This document shows, in pieces, positions 41,577 to 52,213 of a stretch of 64,000 nucleotides of DNA. This stretch comes from Patescibacteria group bacterium (lineage in GTDB: Bacteria > Patescibacteriota > CPR2 > UBA1875 > CAIMLA01). Position 1 is the stretch's first letter. Each line of letters starts with the position of its first letter. The stretch covers positions 10,706-74,705 of the forward strand of contig JBGSPL010000001.1 of assembly GCA_041738615.1 (NCBI GenBank). The letters run 5' to 3'. Position numbers and translations under genes: made by a program. The notes under the pieces were generated by a model. It did not search any database. It was not told the origin of the DNA and saw only the letters and a program-made list of their open reading frames with translations.

Positions 41577-44500
41577 GTGATATTACAAGAAACAAGAAAC
41601 GAGAACTTCAAGGCGATTAAGCTTTCGATAGCTTCTCCAAAACACATTCTCGATTGGTCACACGGCGAAATTACGAAGCCTGAGACTATTAACTACCGCA
41701 CACTAAAGCCAGAAAAGGACGGCCTTTTCTGCGAAAAGATTTTCGGCCCTGCAAAGGACTGGGAATGTTACTGTGGTAAGTACAAAAGAATCCGCTACAA
41801 AGGCGTAATCTGCGATCGTTGTGGAGTCGAGGTTACTCGCTCTATCGTTCGACGTGAGCGCATGGGCCACATCAAGCTTGCAGTGCCAGTAACCCATATC
41901 TGGTTCCTCCGTGGTGTACCTTCATCAATCGGTCTTACTCTCAATCTCTCAGCCCGCGACCTCGAGAAGGTGGCTTACTTTGCAAATTACATTATTCTCA
42001 CAGTGGATGATGATGCAAAACAGGCAGCGAAAAAGAAGATCGACGAAGAGTTCAAGGCTCGTAAGGCCGAGATCGAAGCAACCGAAAAGGATGCCGAAGC
42101 TCGTCAGCAGCAGATTGATGATCTAGAACAGTTCCGTACTACAGCACGCGATGATCTAAACCAGATTAGTCCGCTCGAGATTATCTCCGAATCTAAATAT
42201 CGTGATTTCTCACTGAAATTTGGCGAAGTATTTACTGCAAGTATCGGTGCCGAAGCTATCAAGACTCTACTGGAGAAGGTTGATTTAGATAAACTTGTAG
42301 AAACACTACGTATAGAAGTCGATGCCTCACAGGGTGTAAAACGCAAGAAAGCGATCAAGCGCCTCAAGCTTATCGAGGGATTTGTAAGCGCCGGGATTAG
42401 GCCTGAGTGGATGATTATGACTGTAATGCCAGTAATTCCACCAGATCTTCGCCCTATGGTTCAGCTCGACGGTGGTCGTTTTGCGACATCTGACCTAAAC
42501 GACCTTTATCGTCGTGTTATCAACAGAAATACTCGTCTCAAGAAACTACTCGACATGGATGCCCCTGAGGTTATCTGCCGCAACGAGAAGCGCATGCTTC
42601 AAGAGGCAGTAGATGCCCTTATCGACAACTCTGCACGTCGCGACAAGAACGTTTCTATGGCTACAAACCGCAAGAAACTACGTTCACTCGCAGACATGCT
42701 CAAGGGTAAACAGGGTCATTTCCGCCAGAACCTACTAGGGAAACGTGTGGACTACTCTGGCCGTTCGGTTATCGTAGTTGGTCCTCATCTAAAGCTAGAC
42801 CAGTGTGGTCTACCAAAGATGATGGCCCTCGAGCTCTTCAAGCCATTTGTTATCAGTAAGCTTATCCTTGACGGGATTGCACACAATGTAAAGAGTGCAA
42901 GTCGTATGATAGAGCGTAGTCGCACCGAAGTTTGGGATGCCCTAGACTCAGTGATTACTGGCAAGTACGTGCTCCTAAATCGTGCTCCTACCTTGCACCG
43001 TCTCGGTATTCAGGCTTTCAAGCCAGTACTGATCGAAGGTAAGGCTATCCAGATTCATCCGCTAGTTTGTTCGGCTTTCAACGCCGACTTCGACGGAGAC
43101 CAAATGGCGGTTCACGTTCCTTTGTCTGCAAAAGCACAAAAGGAAGCCGCTGAAATCATGCTTTCTACGAAGAACCTACTGAAGCCAGCCGCTGGTGAGC
43201 CAGTCGTAAAGCCTTCTCAGGATATCGTACTCGGTATCTACTGGATGACAGTAGATGTAGCTGAGGACCGTGCAGTAAAGGCCTACTCTTCAAAAGAAGA
43301 GGTTATCTCGGCATTTGACCTTGGCGAGCTAAGGGTTCGCAGCAAGGTGAAGCTAATGATCGACGGCGTTCTCACTGAGACAACTGTCGGCCGTATCTTC
43401 TTCAACGAAATTCTCCCAGTAGGTTTTGGCTTCATGAATGAAGAAATGACCTCCAAGAAACTAACAGCCGTTATCGAGCGTATCTTCGTAGATTACGGTT
43501 CAGACGAGACTGTAAAGTTCGTAGACAAGATGAAGGACCTCGGATTTGAGTTTTCGACGCTGTCTGGTATCTCTATGTCGATGGACGATTTCCAAATTCC
43601 AGAGTCCAAGGGCGCAATTCTTGCTAAGTTTGAAGAGAAGGAAAAGCAAGTCTTTGCTCAGTACAGTCAAGGTATGATTACTGGCGATGAGCGCTATGCC
43701 AAGATTCTAGAAATCTGGATGGAAGCTCGTGACGAAGTCATGAAAGCCATGGCTAAAGACATGGATCAGGCCAGCTCTGCTGCCGTCATGATGAATTCTG
43801 GTGCTCGTGGTAACCTCTCTCAGATGGCTCAGATGGCCGGCATGAAGGGTCTCGTGGTGAACGCTTCCGGTCGTACAATCGAGTTCCCAATCAAGTCCAA
43901 CTACAAGGAAGGTCTTTCTTCTCTAGAATACTTCTCATCAACACATGGCGCACGTAAAGGTCTTTCCGATACGGCCCTTAAGACTTCTGACTCTGGATAC
44001 CTCACTCGTCGTCTGGTAGACGTTTCTCAGGAAGTCGTTGTTACCGAGAAGGACTGTGGTACTAAGAATGGTACTGTAATCACCAAGACAGAATCTAAGA
44101 AAATTGGTGAAGATTTCTCCGCTCGCGTTATCAGCCGCGTACTTGCAAAAGAAGCCGTGGATGAGAAAACTGGTGAGATTATCCTGAAGAAGGGGACTCT
44201 TATCGGTACCGACGAGTTCGCCAAGCTAGATAACGCTCAGATTACAGAAGTTACTATCCGTTCTGCGCTCACTTGTGAGTCAGAGTGGGGCATCTGCCAA
44301 CACTGCTACGGTTCCGACCTGGCACGTGGTGGTCTTATCGCTCTCGGTGAAGCGGTCGGCATTATCGCTGCGCAATCTATCGGCGAGCCTGGAACTCAGC
44401 TAACGATGAGAACGTTCCATGCAGGTGGTATCGCTGGCGTTGATATTACCCAGGGTCTACCTCGTGTAGAGGAGCTTTTCGAGGCTCGTCAGCCAAAGGG

Positions 44501-45323
44501 ACAGGCAATCCTTGCCGAGATCTCTGGCAAGATTGTGATCACAAACGCCAATGGTAAACACAAGATTGACATCGTCTCAGACGTACTTTCAGAGGATGTT
44601 TATGACATGACTGGTCTGACACCAGAGGTCAAGAACAATCAAACTGTTGCCATCAAGGACGTTCTTGCTACCAAGGACGGTAAGAAGCCTGTAAAGGCCA
44701 AGAACGCTGGTATCGTCAAAATCAAAGATGGCGCACTACGCGTAGTCCGCGACGCTGAGATCAAGAGCTACGAAGTCCCTCAGCAAGTTGGCGTTTACGT
44801 CAAGGATGGCGACTCTGTAGAGGTTGGTCACCAGATTACCGAAGGTTCTTGGAATCTACAAGACGCTCTGAAGCTGATGGGTGAAAACGCTGTCGAGCGC
44901 TACATCATGACCGAAGTTCAGCAGACCTATGCTTCACAAGGTCAGACGATCAACGACAAGCACATCGAAATTATCATCCGTCAGATGTTCTCACGTTGCC
45001 GCATCGACGAGGCAAACGACACTAGCTTCATTGCTGGCGAAATCGTTTCTCGTTCTGCTATGCAGCGTACGAACAACAAGACAAAGAAAGAGAAGAAGAA
45101 GATCGCCGAGTTTACTAACCTTCTGCTCTCAATCACCAAAGTATCCATTACTACCGATAGCTTCCTCTCCGCTGCTTCCTTCCAGGAAACTAGCAGGGTA
45201 CTTATTAGCGCCGCTGTAGCCGGCAAGGTCGACGAACTCAAGGGTCTTAAAGAGAATGTGATTATTGGTAAGCTGATTCCAGCCGGAACGGGCTTTGCTC
45301 AATCATTGCAAAAGAACAAATAA
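41577..45323 (+). CDS. rpoC: RNA polymerase beta' subunit
   Basis: NADFDGDQM catalytic motif, Zn finger, GEPGTQLTMRTFH. Confidence 0.99.
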   Translation: MILQETRNENFKAIKLSIASPKHILDWSHGEITKPETINYRTLKPEKDGLFCEKIFGPAKDWECYCGKYKRIRYKGVICDRCGVEVTRSIVRRERMGHIKLAVPVTHIWFLRGVPSSIGLTLNLSARDLEKVAYFANYIILTVDDDAKQAAKKKIDEEFKARKAEIEATEKDAEARQQQIDDLEQFRTTARDDLNQISPLEIISESKYRDFSLKFGEVFTASIGAEAIKTLLEKVDLDKLVETLRIEVDASQGVKRKKAIKRLKLIEGFVSAGIRPEWMIMTVMPVIPPDLRPMVQLDGGRFATSDLNDLYRRVINRNTRLKKLLDMDAPEVICRNEKRMLQEAVDALIDNSARRDKNVSMATNRKKLRSLADMLKGKQGHFRQNLLGKRVDYSGRSVIVVGPHLKLDQCGLPKMMALELFKPFVISKLILDGIAHNVKSASRMIERSRTEVWDALDSVITGKYVLLNRAPTLHRLGIQAFKPVLIEGKAIQIHPLVCSAFNADFDGDQMAVHVPLSAKAQKEAAEIMLSTKNLLKPAAGEPVVKPSQDIVLGIYWMTVDVAEDRAVKAYSSKEEVISAFDLGELRVRSKVKLMIDGVLTETTVGRIFFNEILPVGFGFMNEEMTSKKLTAVIERIFVDYGSDETVKFVDKMKDLGFEFSTLSGISMSMDDFQIPESKGAILAKFEEKEKQVFAQYSQGMITGDERYAKILEIWMEARDEVMKAMAKDMDQASSAAVMMNSGARGNLSQMAQMAGMKGLVVNASGRTIEFPIKSNYKEGLSSLEYFSSTHGARKGLSDTALKTSDSGYLTRRLVDVSQEVVVTEKDCGTKNGTVITKTESKKIGEDFSARVISRVLAKEAVDEKTGEIILKKGTLIGTDEFAKLDNAQITEVTIRSALTCESEWGICQHCYGSDLARGGLIALGEAVGIIAAQSIGEPGTQLTMRTFHAGGIAGVDITQGLPRVEELFEARQPKGQAILAEISGKIVITNANGKHKIDIVSDVLSEDVYDMTGLTPEVKNNQTVAIKDVLATKDGKKPVKAKNAGIVKIKDGALRVVRDAEIKSYEVPQQVGVYVKDGDSVEVGHQITEGSWNLQDALKLMGENAVERYIMTEVQQTYASQGQTINDKHIEIIIRQMFSRCRIDEANDTSFIAGEIVSRSAMQRTNNKTKKEKKKIAEFTNLLLSITKVSITTDSFLSAASFQETSRVLISAAVAGKVDELKGLKENVIIGKLIPAGTGFAQSLQKNK

Positions 45324-45364
45324 TCTGTTAAAATCTATAAGATTTTCAAAGGAAAAGGGAAAAT

Positions 45365-45772
<408 letters not shown>

Positions 45773-45877
45773 TTAAACTATAAATAAATGCAGTGCTATT
45801 AGCTGCTCCGCCACGTAGAGAGCAGCTAAAGTATTCATCGAGAGCAGGGCAAATCCTGACTCTTACGAAGGAGAAGT

Positions 45878-46354
45878 ATGCCAAGAGATCCTAGAAAAGT
45901 AGAAAAAAGAATCCTGTTACCAGACGCAAAGTATGGTAGCGTTATCGTGTCTAAATTCATCAATAAGGTAATGCTCGACGGCAAGAAAAGCCTAGCCCAG
46001 AATCTAGTGTATGGCGCTATGGAAGAAGCCGAGAAGAAAGTTGGTAAGCCAGCTCTAGAAATCTTCGAGACTGCAGTCAAGAATGTTTCGCCAGTGGTTC
46101 AAGTAAAGTCTCGCCGTATTGGGGGCGCAACTTATCAGGTGCCTATGGAAGTGAAGGGTGATCGTCGTATGCACTACGGCTTTAGCTGGATTCGTGACGC
46201 TGCCCGCAACCGAAAGGGGATGGACTTCTCAAAGGCACTCGCCCTTGAACTTGTTGATGCCTACAACAGCATCGGTATCGCCATGAAGAAAAAGGAAGAT
46301 ACTCACCGTATGGCAGAAGCCAACAAGGCCTTTGCTCACTTTGCACGTTACTAA
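45878..46354 (+). CDS. rpsG: 30S ribosomal protein S7
   Basis: SRRIGGATYQVP, HRMAEANKAFAH. Confidence 0.99.
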   Translation: MPRDPRKVEKRILLPDAKYGSVIVSKFINKVMLDGKKSLAQNLVYGAMEEAEKKVGKPALEIFETAVKNVSPVVQVKSRRIGGATYQVPMEVKGDRRMHYGFSWIRDAARNRKGMDFSKALALELVDAYNSIGIAMKKKEDTHRMAEANKAFAHFARY

Positions 46355-46364
46355 GTAACCTATT

Positions 46365-46390
46365 TGTCATTCCCGTGGAAGCGGGAATCT
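46365..46390. repeat. GTCATT-type REP-like palindrome
   Basis: TGTCATTCCCG-tggaag-CGGGAATCT. Confidence 0.75.
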
Positions 46391-46420
46391 ATAAAACAAA
46401 CTAAATGAAATTGGAGGCGT

Positions 46421-48511
46421 ATGCCTAGAGAATATTCACTCGAAAACACAAGAAACATCGGAATTGCCGCTCATATCGATGCTGGTAAAACCACTGTAAC
46501 CGAGCGTATCCTATACTATACTGGTCGTACTCATAAGATCGGTGAAGTGCACGAGGGTGCAGCTACTATGGACTGGATGGAGCAGGAGCAGGAGCGTGGT
46601 ATTACTATCACATCCGCAGCGACTACTTGTTTTTGGGCTGGTCATCGTATCAACATTATTGACACACCAGGTCACGTAGACTTTACCGTAGAGGTAGAGC
46701 GTTCTTTGCGCGTATTAGACGGTGCGGTCGTAGTATTTGACGGTAAAAATGGTGTAGAGCCTCAGTCCGAGACTGTATGGCGCCAGGCCGATAAATATCA
46801 TGTTCCACGTATCGCTTTTGTAAACAAACTTGACGCTATCGGCGGCGATTTCTATATGTCGCTGGAATCTATCAAGGAACGTCTCGGTGCCAATGCAGTT
46901 GCTATGCAGCTGCCTATCGGTATGGAGTCTGGCTTCTCTGGTGTTGTAGACCTCATGGAGATGCGTTCGATCAACTACGGTAACGAGGATATGGGCAAAG
47001 AGCAGCATATCGCCGAGATTCCTGCTGACATGCTCGACAAGGCCAATGAATATCGCGCTATTATGGTAGAGAAAATTGCCGAAACCGACGACGCTCTTCT
47101 CGAGAAGTTCTTCGACGGCAAGGAAATCACTGTACCAGAACTCAAGGCTGCGCTTCGCAAGGCTACTATCGCCAACGAAATCGTGGGTGTTTTTGCCGGT
47201 ACTGCGCTTAAAAACAAGGGTGTTCAGCCAATGCTTGACGCCGTTATCGATTATTTGCCAAACCCGCTCGAGGTTCCTGCCGCTCATGGTGAGGACCCAA
47301 AGACTGGCGAGGAAGTAGCAGTAGAGAGTACCGATGATGGTCCTTTCTGTGGTCTTGTTTTCAAGATTGCTGCCGACCCATTCGTCGGTAAGCTTGCTTT
47401 CTTGCGTGTTTATCGTGGTCGCCTTGCTTCTGGAAGTTACGTTCTAAACGTAGCCACTGGGGAGAAAGAGCGTATCGGACGTATCGTTCGCATGCACGCC
47501 AACACCCGCGAAGAAGTGAGTGAAGTTTTCTCAGGCGAGATCGCTGCTGCAGTAGGTCTCAAGAATACTCTTACCGGTAACACTATTTGTGATCCTACCC
47601 ACCCAGTATTGCTCGAGAATATTACTTTCCCAGAGCCTGTGATTCAGGTTGCCATCGAGCCAAAGACCAAGGCCGACCAAGAGAAGATGGGCATCGCCCT
47701 CTCTCGTCTCGCCGAGGAAGATCCTACTTTCCGCGTCCATACCGATGAAGAAACAGGCCAGACTATCATAGCTGGTATGGGTGAGCTTCACCTCGACATT
47801 CTTGTCGACCGTATGAAACGCGAGTTCAAGGTAGAAGCAAACGTAGGTAAACCTCAGGTTGCTTACCGTGAGTCTATCAAGGGCAAGGTTAAACAGGAAG
47901 GTAAGTTCGTACGTCAATCTGGTGGACGTGGTCAATATGGTCATGTTTGGATCGAGATTGAGCCTAACGAAGAAGGTCTAGGATTCGAGTTCATCAATAA
48001 GATTGTTGGTGGCGCGATTCCAAAGGAATACATCAATCCAGTACAGAACGGTATCCGTGAAGCACTAGACAACGGTGTTATTGCTGGTTATCCAGTAGTA
48101 GACGTCAAGGTTACTCTCTATGACGGTTCATTCCACGAGGTAGACTCGAACGAAATGGCCTTCAAGATTGCTGGTTCCATGGCGCTTCAGGAGGGTGTCC
48201 GCAAGGCGACTCCTATTATTCTAGAACCAATTATGAAGGTAGAAGTTACCGTACCGGAAGAGTATATGGGTGATATTATGGGAGACCTCAACTCGAAGCG
48301 TGGACGCATTCAGCAGATGTCGGACCGCGGCAATGCCAAGATCGTAGACGCTTTCGTCCCACTAGCTGAGATGTTTGGCTACGCTACAAACTTGCGTTCT
48401 ATGACTCAGGGTCGTGGCACTAGTACAATGGAATTTGACCACTACGAAGAAGTTCCAGGAAACGTGGCTGCTGAGATTATCGCGAAGCGTGGTAAGAAAC
48501 AGGCAGAATAA
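46421..48511 (+). CDS. fusA: Elongation factor G
   Basis: [34 protein letters not shown]. Confidence 0.99.
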   Translation: MPREYSLENTRNIGIAAHIDAGKTTVTERILYYTGRTHKIGEVHEGAATMDWMEQEQERGITITSAATTCFWAGHRINIIDTPGHVDFTVEVERSLRVLDGAVVVFDGKNGVEPQSETVWRQADKYHVPRIAFVNKLDAIGGDFYMSLESIKERLGANAVAMQLPIGMESGFSGVVDLMEMRSINYGNEDMGKEQHIAEIPADMLDKANEYRAIMVEKIAETDDALLEKFFDGKEITVPELKAALRKATIANEIVGVFAGTALKNKGVQPMLDAVIDYLPNPLEVPAAHGEDPKTGEEVAVESTDDGPFCGLVFKIAADPFVGKLAFLRVYRGRLASGSYVLNVATGEKERIGRIVRMHANTREEVSEVFSGEIAAAVGLKNTLTGNTICDPTHPVLLENITFPEPVIQVAIEPKTKADQEKMGIALSRLAEEDPTFRVHTDEETGQTIIAGMGELHLDILVDRMKREFKVEANVGKPQVAYRESIKGKVKQEGKFVRQSGGRGQYGHVWIEIEPNEEGLGFEFINKIVGGAIPKEYINPVQNGIREALDNGVIAGYPVVDVKVTLYDGSFHEVDSNEMAFKIAGSMALQEGVRKATPIILEPIMKVEVTVPEEYMGDIMGDLNSKRGRIQQMSDRGNAKIVDAFVPLAEMFGYATNLRSMTQGRGTSTMEFDHYEEVPGNVAAEIIAKRGKKQAE

Positions 48512-48520
48512 CCCCCATCA

Positions 48521-48547
48521 CGTCATTCCGGACCTGATCCGGAATCT
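48521..48547. repeat. GTCATT-type REP-like palindrome
   Basis: CGTCATTCCGGA-cctga-TCCGGAATCT. Confidence 0.75.
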
Positions 48548-48550
48548 ATA

Positions 48551-48580
48551 CAAAAAGACCTCAGAAATGAGGTCTTTTTG
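48551..48580 (+). terminator. fusA terminator (bidirectional-looking)
   Basis: CAAAAAGACCTCA-gaaa-TGAGGTCTTTTTG. Confidence 0.85.
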
Positions 48581-48594
48581 ATATCTAGTATATT

Positions 48595-48623
48595 TGTCGT
48601 TCCTGGTCGTAAGCCAGGGATCC
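48595..48623. repeat. REP-like palindrome, near-copy of 52079-52107
   Basis: TGTCGTTCCTGGTCGTAAGCCAGGGATCC. Confidence 0.7.
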
Positions 48624-48659
48624 TCCCCTTGGCTTGCCTTGCTAAAGCAAGGCATTCAC

Positions 48660-48821
48660 GATACTTTTGTCCATAGTCACAAAAGTATCCAAAAAGACAT
48701 TATAAATGCGGCGGTCTGAGGACCTTCGCAGCGGACAGTCATGCCTGAGCGGCTTGGGTTTAGTCAAATTGCGATCTCTCACAAATCTATAGGATTGGCC
48801 GTTGTAGTACACGCATTTTAT
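48660..48821. repeat. GATAC-hairpin structured element, copy A
   Basis: GATACTTTTGT/ACAAAAGTATC, CAAAAAG, then AAATGCG...CGCATTT enclosing ~100 nt. Confidence 0.55.
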
Positions 48822-48878
48822 TAATCTCACGTCCTAGGCCCTCCAGACACGTTACAGGGCAAGTTAACGTCAAAATCA

Positions 48879-48907
48879 TTGATTATTGCTCTATTTTGGC
48901 ATATAAT
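48879..48907 (+). promoter_or_regulatory. Promoter of cassette 3a
   Basis: TTGATT-17-TATAAT. Confidence 0.72.
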
Positions 48908-48960
48908 CGCGGTCAGTAGTTTACAGAGCATGGGTTGACTTGCCCAGAGAGGGGAATCGT

Positions 48961-49131
48961 ATGCCGCAAGAAACTGCTGCTCCGGCTTGGATCGGATGGG
49001 TGCTCCTTCTAATCCCCACCGCCATGATCTTCATTGGACCCATGGCGTACAAGAGGCGCGATGACGTAAGAGCTTCGTGGCAAAGGCCGTCAGAGGATGA
49101 GATTAACCGATCGATTGGGTATCGCGGTTAG
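48961..49131 (+). CDS. Orphan single-TM microprotein (56 aa)
   Basis: GAGGGG RBS, ATG 48961, TM WIGWVLLLIPTAMIFIGPMAY followed by KRR. Confidence 0.65.
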   Translation: MPQETAAPAWIGWVLLLIPTAMIFIGPMAYKRRDDVRASWQRPSEDEINRSIGYRG

Positions 49132-49196
49132 CCCCGTCTGATAGGTAGTCAAAGGCGAGCGCGCCCCCCGGTGCGCACCTGACGAGAAGAGGGGAC

Positions 49197-49328
49197 ATGA
49201 AGAGGATACTGAGTGATTTGTGGTGGACCTTGGTGGTCTACCTGGTCTGCTCCATTGTCTGGGCCGTTTGTGGCCTGGCTTCGGTCGGGATCGTTCCTGA
49301 CCAGATTGGCGCCGACGAAGGCGCCTAG
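49197..49328 (+). CDS. Orphan single-TM microprotein (43 aa), absent from ORF track
   Basis: Purine-rich GAAGAGGGG just upstream; MKRILSDLWWTLVVYLVCSIVWAVCGLASVGIVPDQIGADEGA then TAG. Confidence 0.55.
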   Translation: MKRILSDLWWTLVVYLVCSIVWAVCGLASVGIVPDQIGADEGA

Positions 49329-49347
49329 CGCCAGAATGGAGTAGACC

Positions 49348-49593
49348 GTGAGTAAGGTCATAGTCTCCCTGCCGGGAGGTAAGGCGATATTCACAGAGGA
49401 GCTTCCTCGGGAAGCAACGACGGTTTCCGTCGAGTATGCCCAGAGGCTCGTGGATCAGCTCGGGAAGACCGACGGGAGGAACTACCAGCTGTGCACTAAG
49501 CCTCAAGTCGCGAGCGACGAGGACGAGGAGCGCAATCTGCTTCCTGGAGATGTTCTCATCAGCATCGCCGATTTTGGTCCTCGTACAAACTGA
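49348..49593 (+). CDS. Orphan 81-aa protein, possible beta-grasp fold
   Basis: GGAG RBS, GTG start; beta-beta-alpha-beta pattern ending LLPGDVLISI. Confidence 0.6.
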   Translation: MSKVIVSLPGGKAIFTEELPREATTVSVEYAQRLVDQLGKTDGRNYQLCTKPQVASDEDEERNLLPGDVLISIADFGPRTN

Positions 49594-49658
49594 GGCCGTC
49601 CACGGCACATCCAAACGCATGTTGGGATGTCGCCGGTGGCGGCCTCTCAACATATATA

Positions 49659-49687
49659 TTGTCAAGAATGCTTATCCATAGTAAGAT
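49659..49687 (+). promoter_or_regulatory. Promoter of cassette 3b
   Basis: TTGTCA-17-TAAGAT in an AT-rich patch inside the GC-rich island. Confidence 0.6.
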
Positions 49688-49753
49688 ATCGCCATCGACG
49701 TTAGTGTCACTTGTGTGCGCCTAGCGGCGTGCACCTACCAAGGGGGGGCGGGG

Positions 49754-50233
49754 ATGATGAAACGCTGGTTACTCGACGGCTTGCAAGTGCTTGTGTTGTC
49801 AGCCGTACTGACAGCGGCTTGTTACGCGCCGGTTTTTGCCGGCATCTGGCTCTACGGGGTCATCGGGGGCTTGAACCTGTTCGTACTGTTCCTGGCTGTG
49901 GCTGTTGTGGCCATTCGCATCGCACTCTCACCACATGGTTTCGTTGAGCGTTCAGCGGACCTGTGGCTTGCAGCTGTGGGCATGTCGCTCGCGGCGCTTG
50001 AGATGTGGAAGCCGCTTCTCACTACAGTCGTCTGCTGCGAGTACTTCATGTTCATGGCAGTGCTCGGCTACGGTGCTCCAGTCTGGTTGCTCGGACTTCC
50101 GGTCGCGATTTGGCCGGTACTGCCACTGCTGGTTTTGGCCAGCACGTTGCTTCTCGGGATGTTCATCATGCTGGAGGCAGAGGGCGACGAATTCTCCGAC
50201 ACCAGCGAGCTGGCGCGGTCGTTCGGCCACTAG
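49754..50233 (+). CDS. Orphan polytopic membrane protein (159 aa)
   Basis: G-rich RBS, about five hydrophobic segments, GC3-rich. Confidence 0.7.
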   Translation: MMKRWLLDGLQVLVLSAVLTAACYAPVFAGIWLYGVIGGLNLFVLFLAVAVVAIRIALSPHGFVERSADLWLAAVGMSLAALEMWKPLLTTVVCCEYFMFMAVLGYGAPVWLLGLPVAIWPVLPLLVLASTLLLGMFIMLEAEGDEFSDTSELARSFGH

Positions 50234-50251
50234 GGACACCAGTGTCTCAGG

Positions 50252-50291
50252 TTCCGGAGGTCCTGCAACGTAGGTTGTGGGGCCTCCGGAA
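50252..50291 (+). terminator. GC-rich hairpin closing cassette 3
   Basis: TTCCGGAGGTCCTGCAAC-gtag-GTTGTGGGGCCTCCGGAA; no U-tract on + strand. Confidence 0.55.
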
Positions 50292-50304
50292 GAGAGAAAA
50301 ATAC

Positions 50305-50333
50305 TTGCACAAAGTAGTGATATATAGTAATAT
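50305..50333 (+). promoter_or_regulatory. tuf promoter
   Basis: TTGCAC-17-TAATAT. Confidence 0.55.
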
Positions 50334-50444
50334 TTGTAAGCCAAATGAATACATATCCACCACGTCACGAAGGACGGGGGGATTTAAAGTGTATTACAAG
50401 AATATTAAACAAAATTAACAAAGTAAAACTTACAAGGAGACCAA

Positions 50445-51620
50445 ATGGCTGAAGTTTATAAGAGAGACAAGCCCCATGTAAACGTTGGTACTATCGGACA
50501 CGTTGACCATGGTAAGACAACCCTGACCGCTGCAATTACATCGGTACTTGCAAAGAAAGGCCTAGCTACCGCTAGAAAGTTTGCCGACATCGACAACGCT
50601 CCAGAAGAGCGAGAACGTGGTATTACTATTGCTACTTCTCACCAAGAGTACGAGACAGAGAAGCGTCATTATGCGCACGTTGACTGTCCTGGACATGCCG
50701 ACTACGTAAAGAACATGATCACTGGTGCTGCACAGATGGACGGCGCTATCTTGGTTGTGGCAGCTACTGACGGTCCTATGCCTCAGACTCGTGAGCACAT
50801 CCTACTTGCTTACCAAGTTGGTGTTCCACAGATTGTAGTTTACATGAACAAATGTGACATGGTTGATGATGCAGAGATGCTTGACCTCGTCGAGATGGAA
50901 ATTCGTGAGCTTCTTACTAAGTACAAATATGATGGTGACAACACACCTATCATTCGTGGTTCAGCCCTCAAGGCGCTTGAAGGCGATGCTAAGTACGAAG
51001 AGTCAATCATGGAGCTTATGAACGCTCTTGATACATACATCCCAGAGCCTACTCGTGATACCGACAAACCTTTCATGATGGCTGTAGAGGACGTTTTCTC
51101 TATCAAGGGTCGTGGTACAGTTGCTACTGGTCGTATCGACCGTGGTGTTGTTAAGATCAACGACGAAGTAGAAATCATTGGTATTAAGCCTACTCGCAAG
51201 ACTGTTGTTACTGGTATCGAGATGTTCAAGAAACAGCTCGAGCAGGGACAAGCTGGTGACAATGCTGGTTTGCTACTACGCGGTATTGAAAAGAACGACA
51301 TTGAGCGTGGTATGGTTCTAGCAAAGTCTGGTTCTATCACACCTCATACAGAGTTTGACGCTGAAGTATACGTTCTTACCAAAGAAGAAGGCGGACGACA
51401 TACTCCTTTCTTCAAGGGTTACAAACCTCAGTTCTACATCCGTACAACTGACGTAACTGGTGAGATCGAATTCGAAGGCGAAATGGTTATGCCTGGCGAT
51501 AACGTCAAGATGGCCGTTAAGCTTATCCAGCCAATCGCTATCGAAGAGGGTCTTCGCTTCGCAATCCGCGAAGGTGGCCGTACAGTTGGCGCTGGTGTAG
51601 TTACCAAGATCAAGAAATAG
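50445..51620 (+). CDS. tuf: Elongation factor Tu
   Basis: [28 protein letters not shown]. Confidence 0.99.
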   Translation: MAEVYKRDKPHVNVGTIGHVDHGKTTLTAAITSVLAKKGLATARKFADIDNAPEERERGITIATSHQEYETEKRHYAHVDCPGHADYVKNMITGAAQMDGAILVVAATDGPMPQTREHILLAYQVGVPQIVVYMNKCDMVDDAEMLDLVEMEIRELLTKYKYDGDNTPIIRGSALKALEGDAKYEESIMELMNALDTYIPEPTRDTDKPFMMAVEDVFSIKGRGTVATGRIDRGVVKINDEVEIIGIKPTRKTVVTGIEMFKKQLEQGQAGDNAGLLLRGIEKNDIERGMVLAKSGSITPHTEFDAEVYVLTKEEGGRHTPFFKGYKPQFYIRTTDVTGEIEFEGEMVMPGDNVKMAVKLIQPIAIEEGLRFAIREGGRTVGAGVVTKIKK

Positions 51621-51713
51621 ATTCACACAGATCCCCGCGCAAGCGGGGATCTTATAATAACTAAAACTTATAGATAGCAGGGCACTTTGACCCTGGGAAC
51701 TAGAAGGAGACAC

Positions 51714-52034
51714 ATGGCTGAGAAAAACGAAAAACAGAGGATCCGAATCAAACTAAAGGCGTACGACAACAAGATTATCGACCAGTCGACAACACAGATA
51801 ATCGAGACAGCAGTGCGCAGTGGTGCTAAGGTGGCGGGACCTATCCCACTACCAACAGATAGGACTCCTATCACTGTAAACCGCGCGAGCAACGTCAACA
51901 AGAACGCACGAGAACAGTTTGAGATGCGGGTGCACAAGCGCCTCATAGATATCACTGACTTCACAGCGAAGACAGTGGACAGTCTGATGAGTCTCTCACT
52001 TCCAGCCGGAGTAGACATCGAAATCAAAATGTAA
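51714..52034 (+). CDS. rpsJ: 30S ribosomal protein S10
   Basis: [31 protein letters not shown]; AAGGAG RBS before ATG 51714. Confidence 0.98.
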   Translation: MAEKNEKQRIRIKLKAYDNKIIDQSTTQIIETAVRSGAKVAGPIPLPTDRTPITVNRASNVNKNAREQFEMRVHKRLIDITDFTAKTVDSLMSLSLPAGVDIEIKM

Positions 52035-52038
52035 TAGT

Positions 52039-52064
52039 AAAAAAGCCCCTTCGGGGGCTTTTTT
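52039..52064 (+). terminator. rpsJ terminator
   Basis: AAAAAAGCCCC-ttcg-GGGGCTTTTTT. Confidence 0.88.
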
Positions 52065-52078
52065 GATTACCGGTATAT

Positions 52079-52180
52079 TGTCATTCCTGGTAGTAAGTCA
52101 GGGACCCAGCCTTTCCAACGTCATTGCGAGCGAAGCGCGGCAATCTCCCTGTCCGTCATTCCATCGTAGACTGGAATCCA
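52079..52180. repeat. Three tandem GTCATT-type REP-like palindromes
   Basis: Units at 52079-52107, 52119-52147, 52154-52180, each (T/C)GTCATT...(GG/GC)AATC or GGACC. Confidence 0.75.
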
Positions 52181-52213
52181 TTACTAGCGGATTAATCTTA
52201 GCGTTATTCCTTC

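Noticed and set aside
49090-50418. Overlapping alternative ORFs in cassette 3 (49090-, 49149-, 49436+, 49905+, 50005+)
   Set aside because: No RBS support; they overlap a non-overlapping + strand set with RBSs and promoters.
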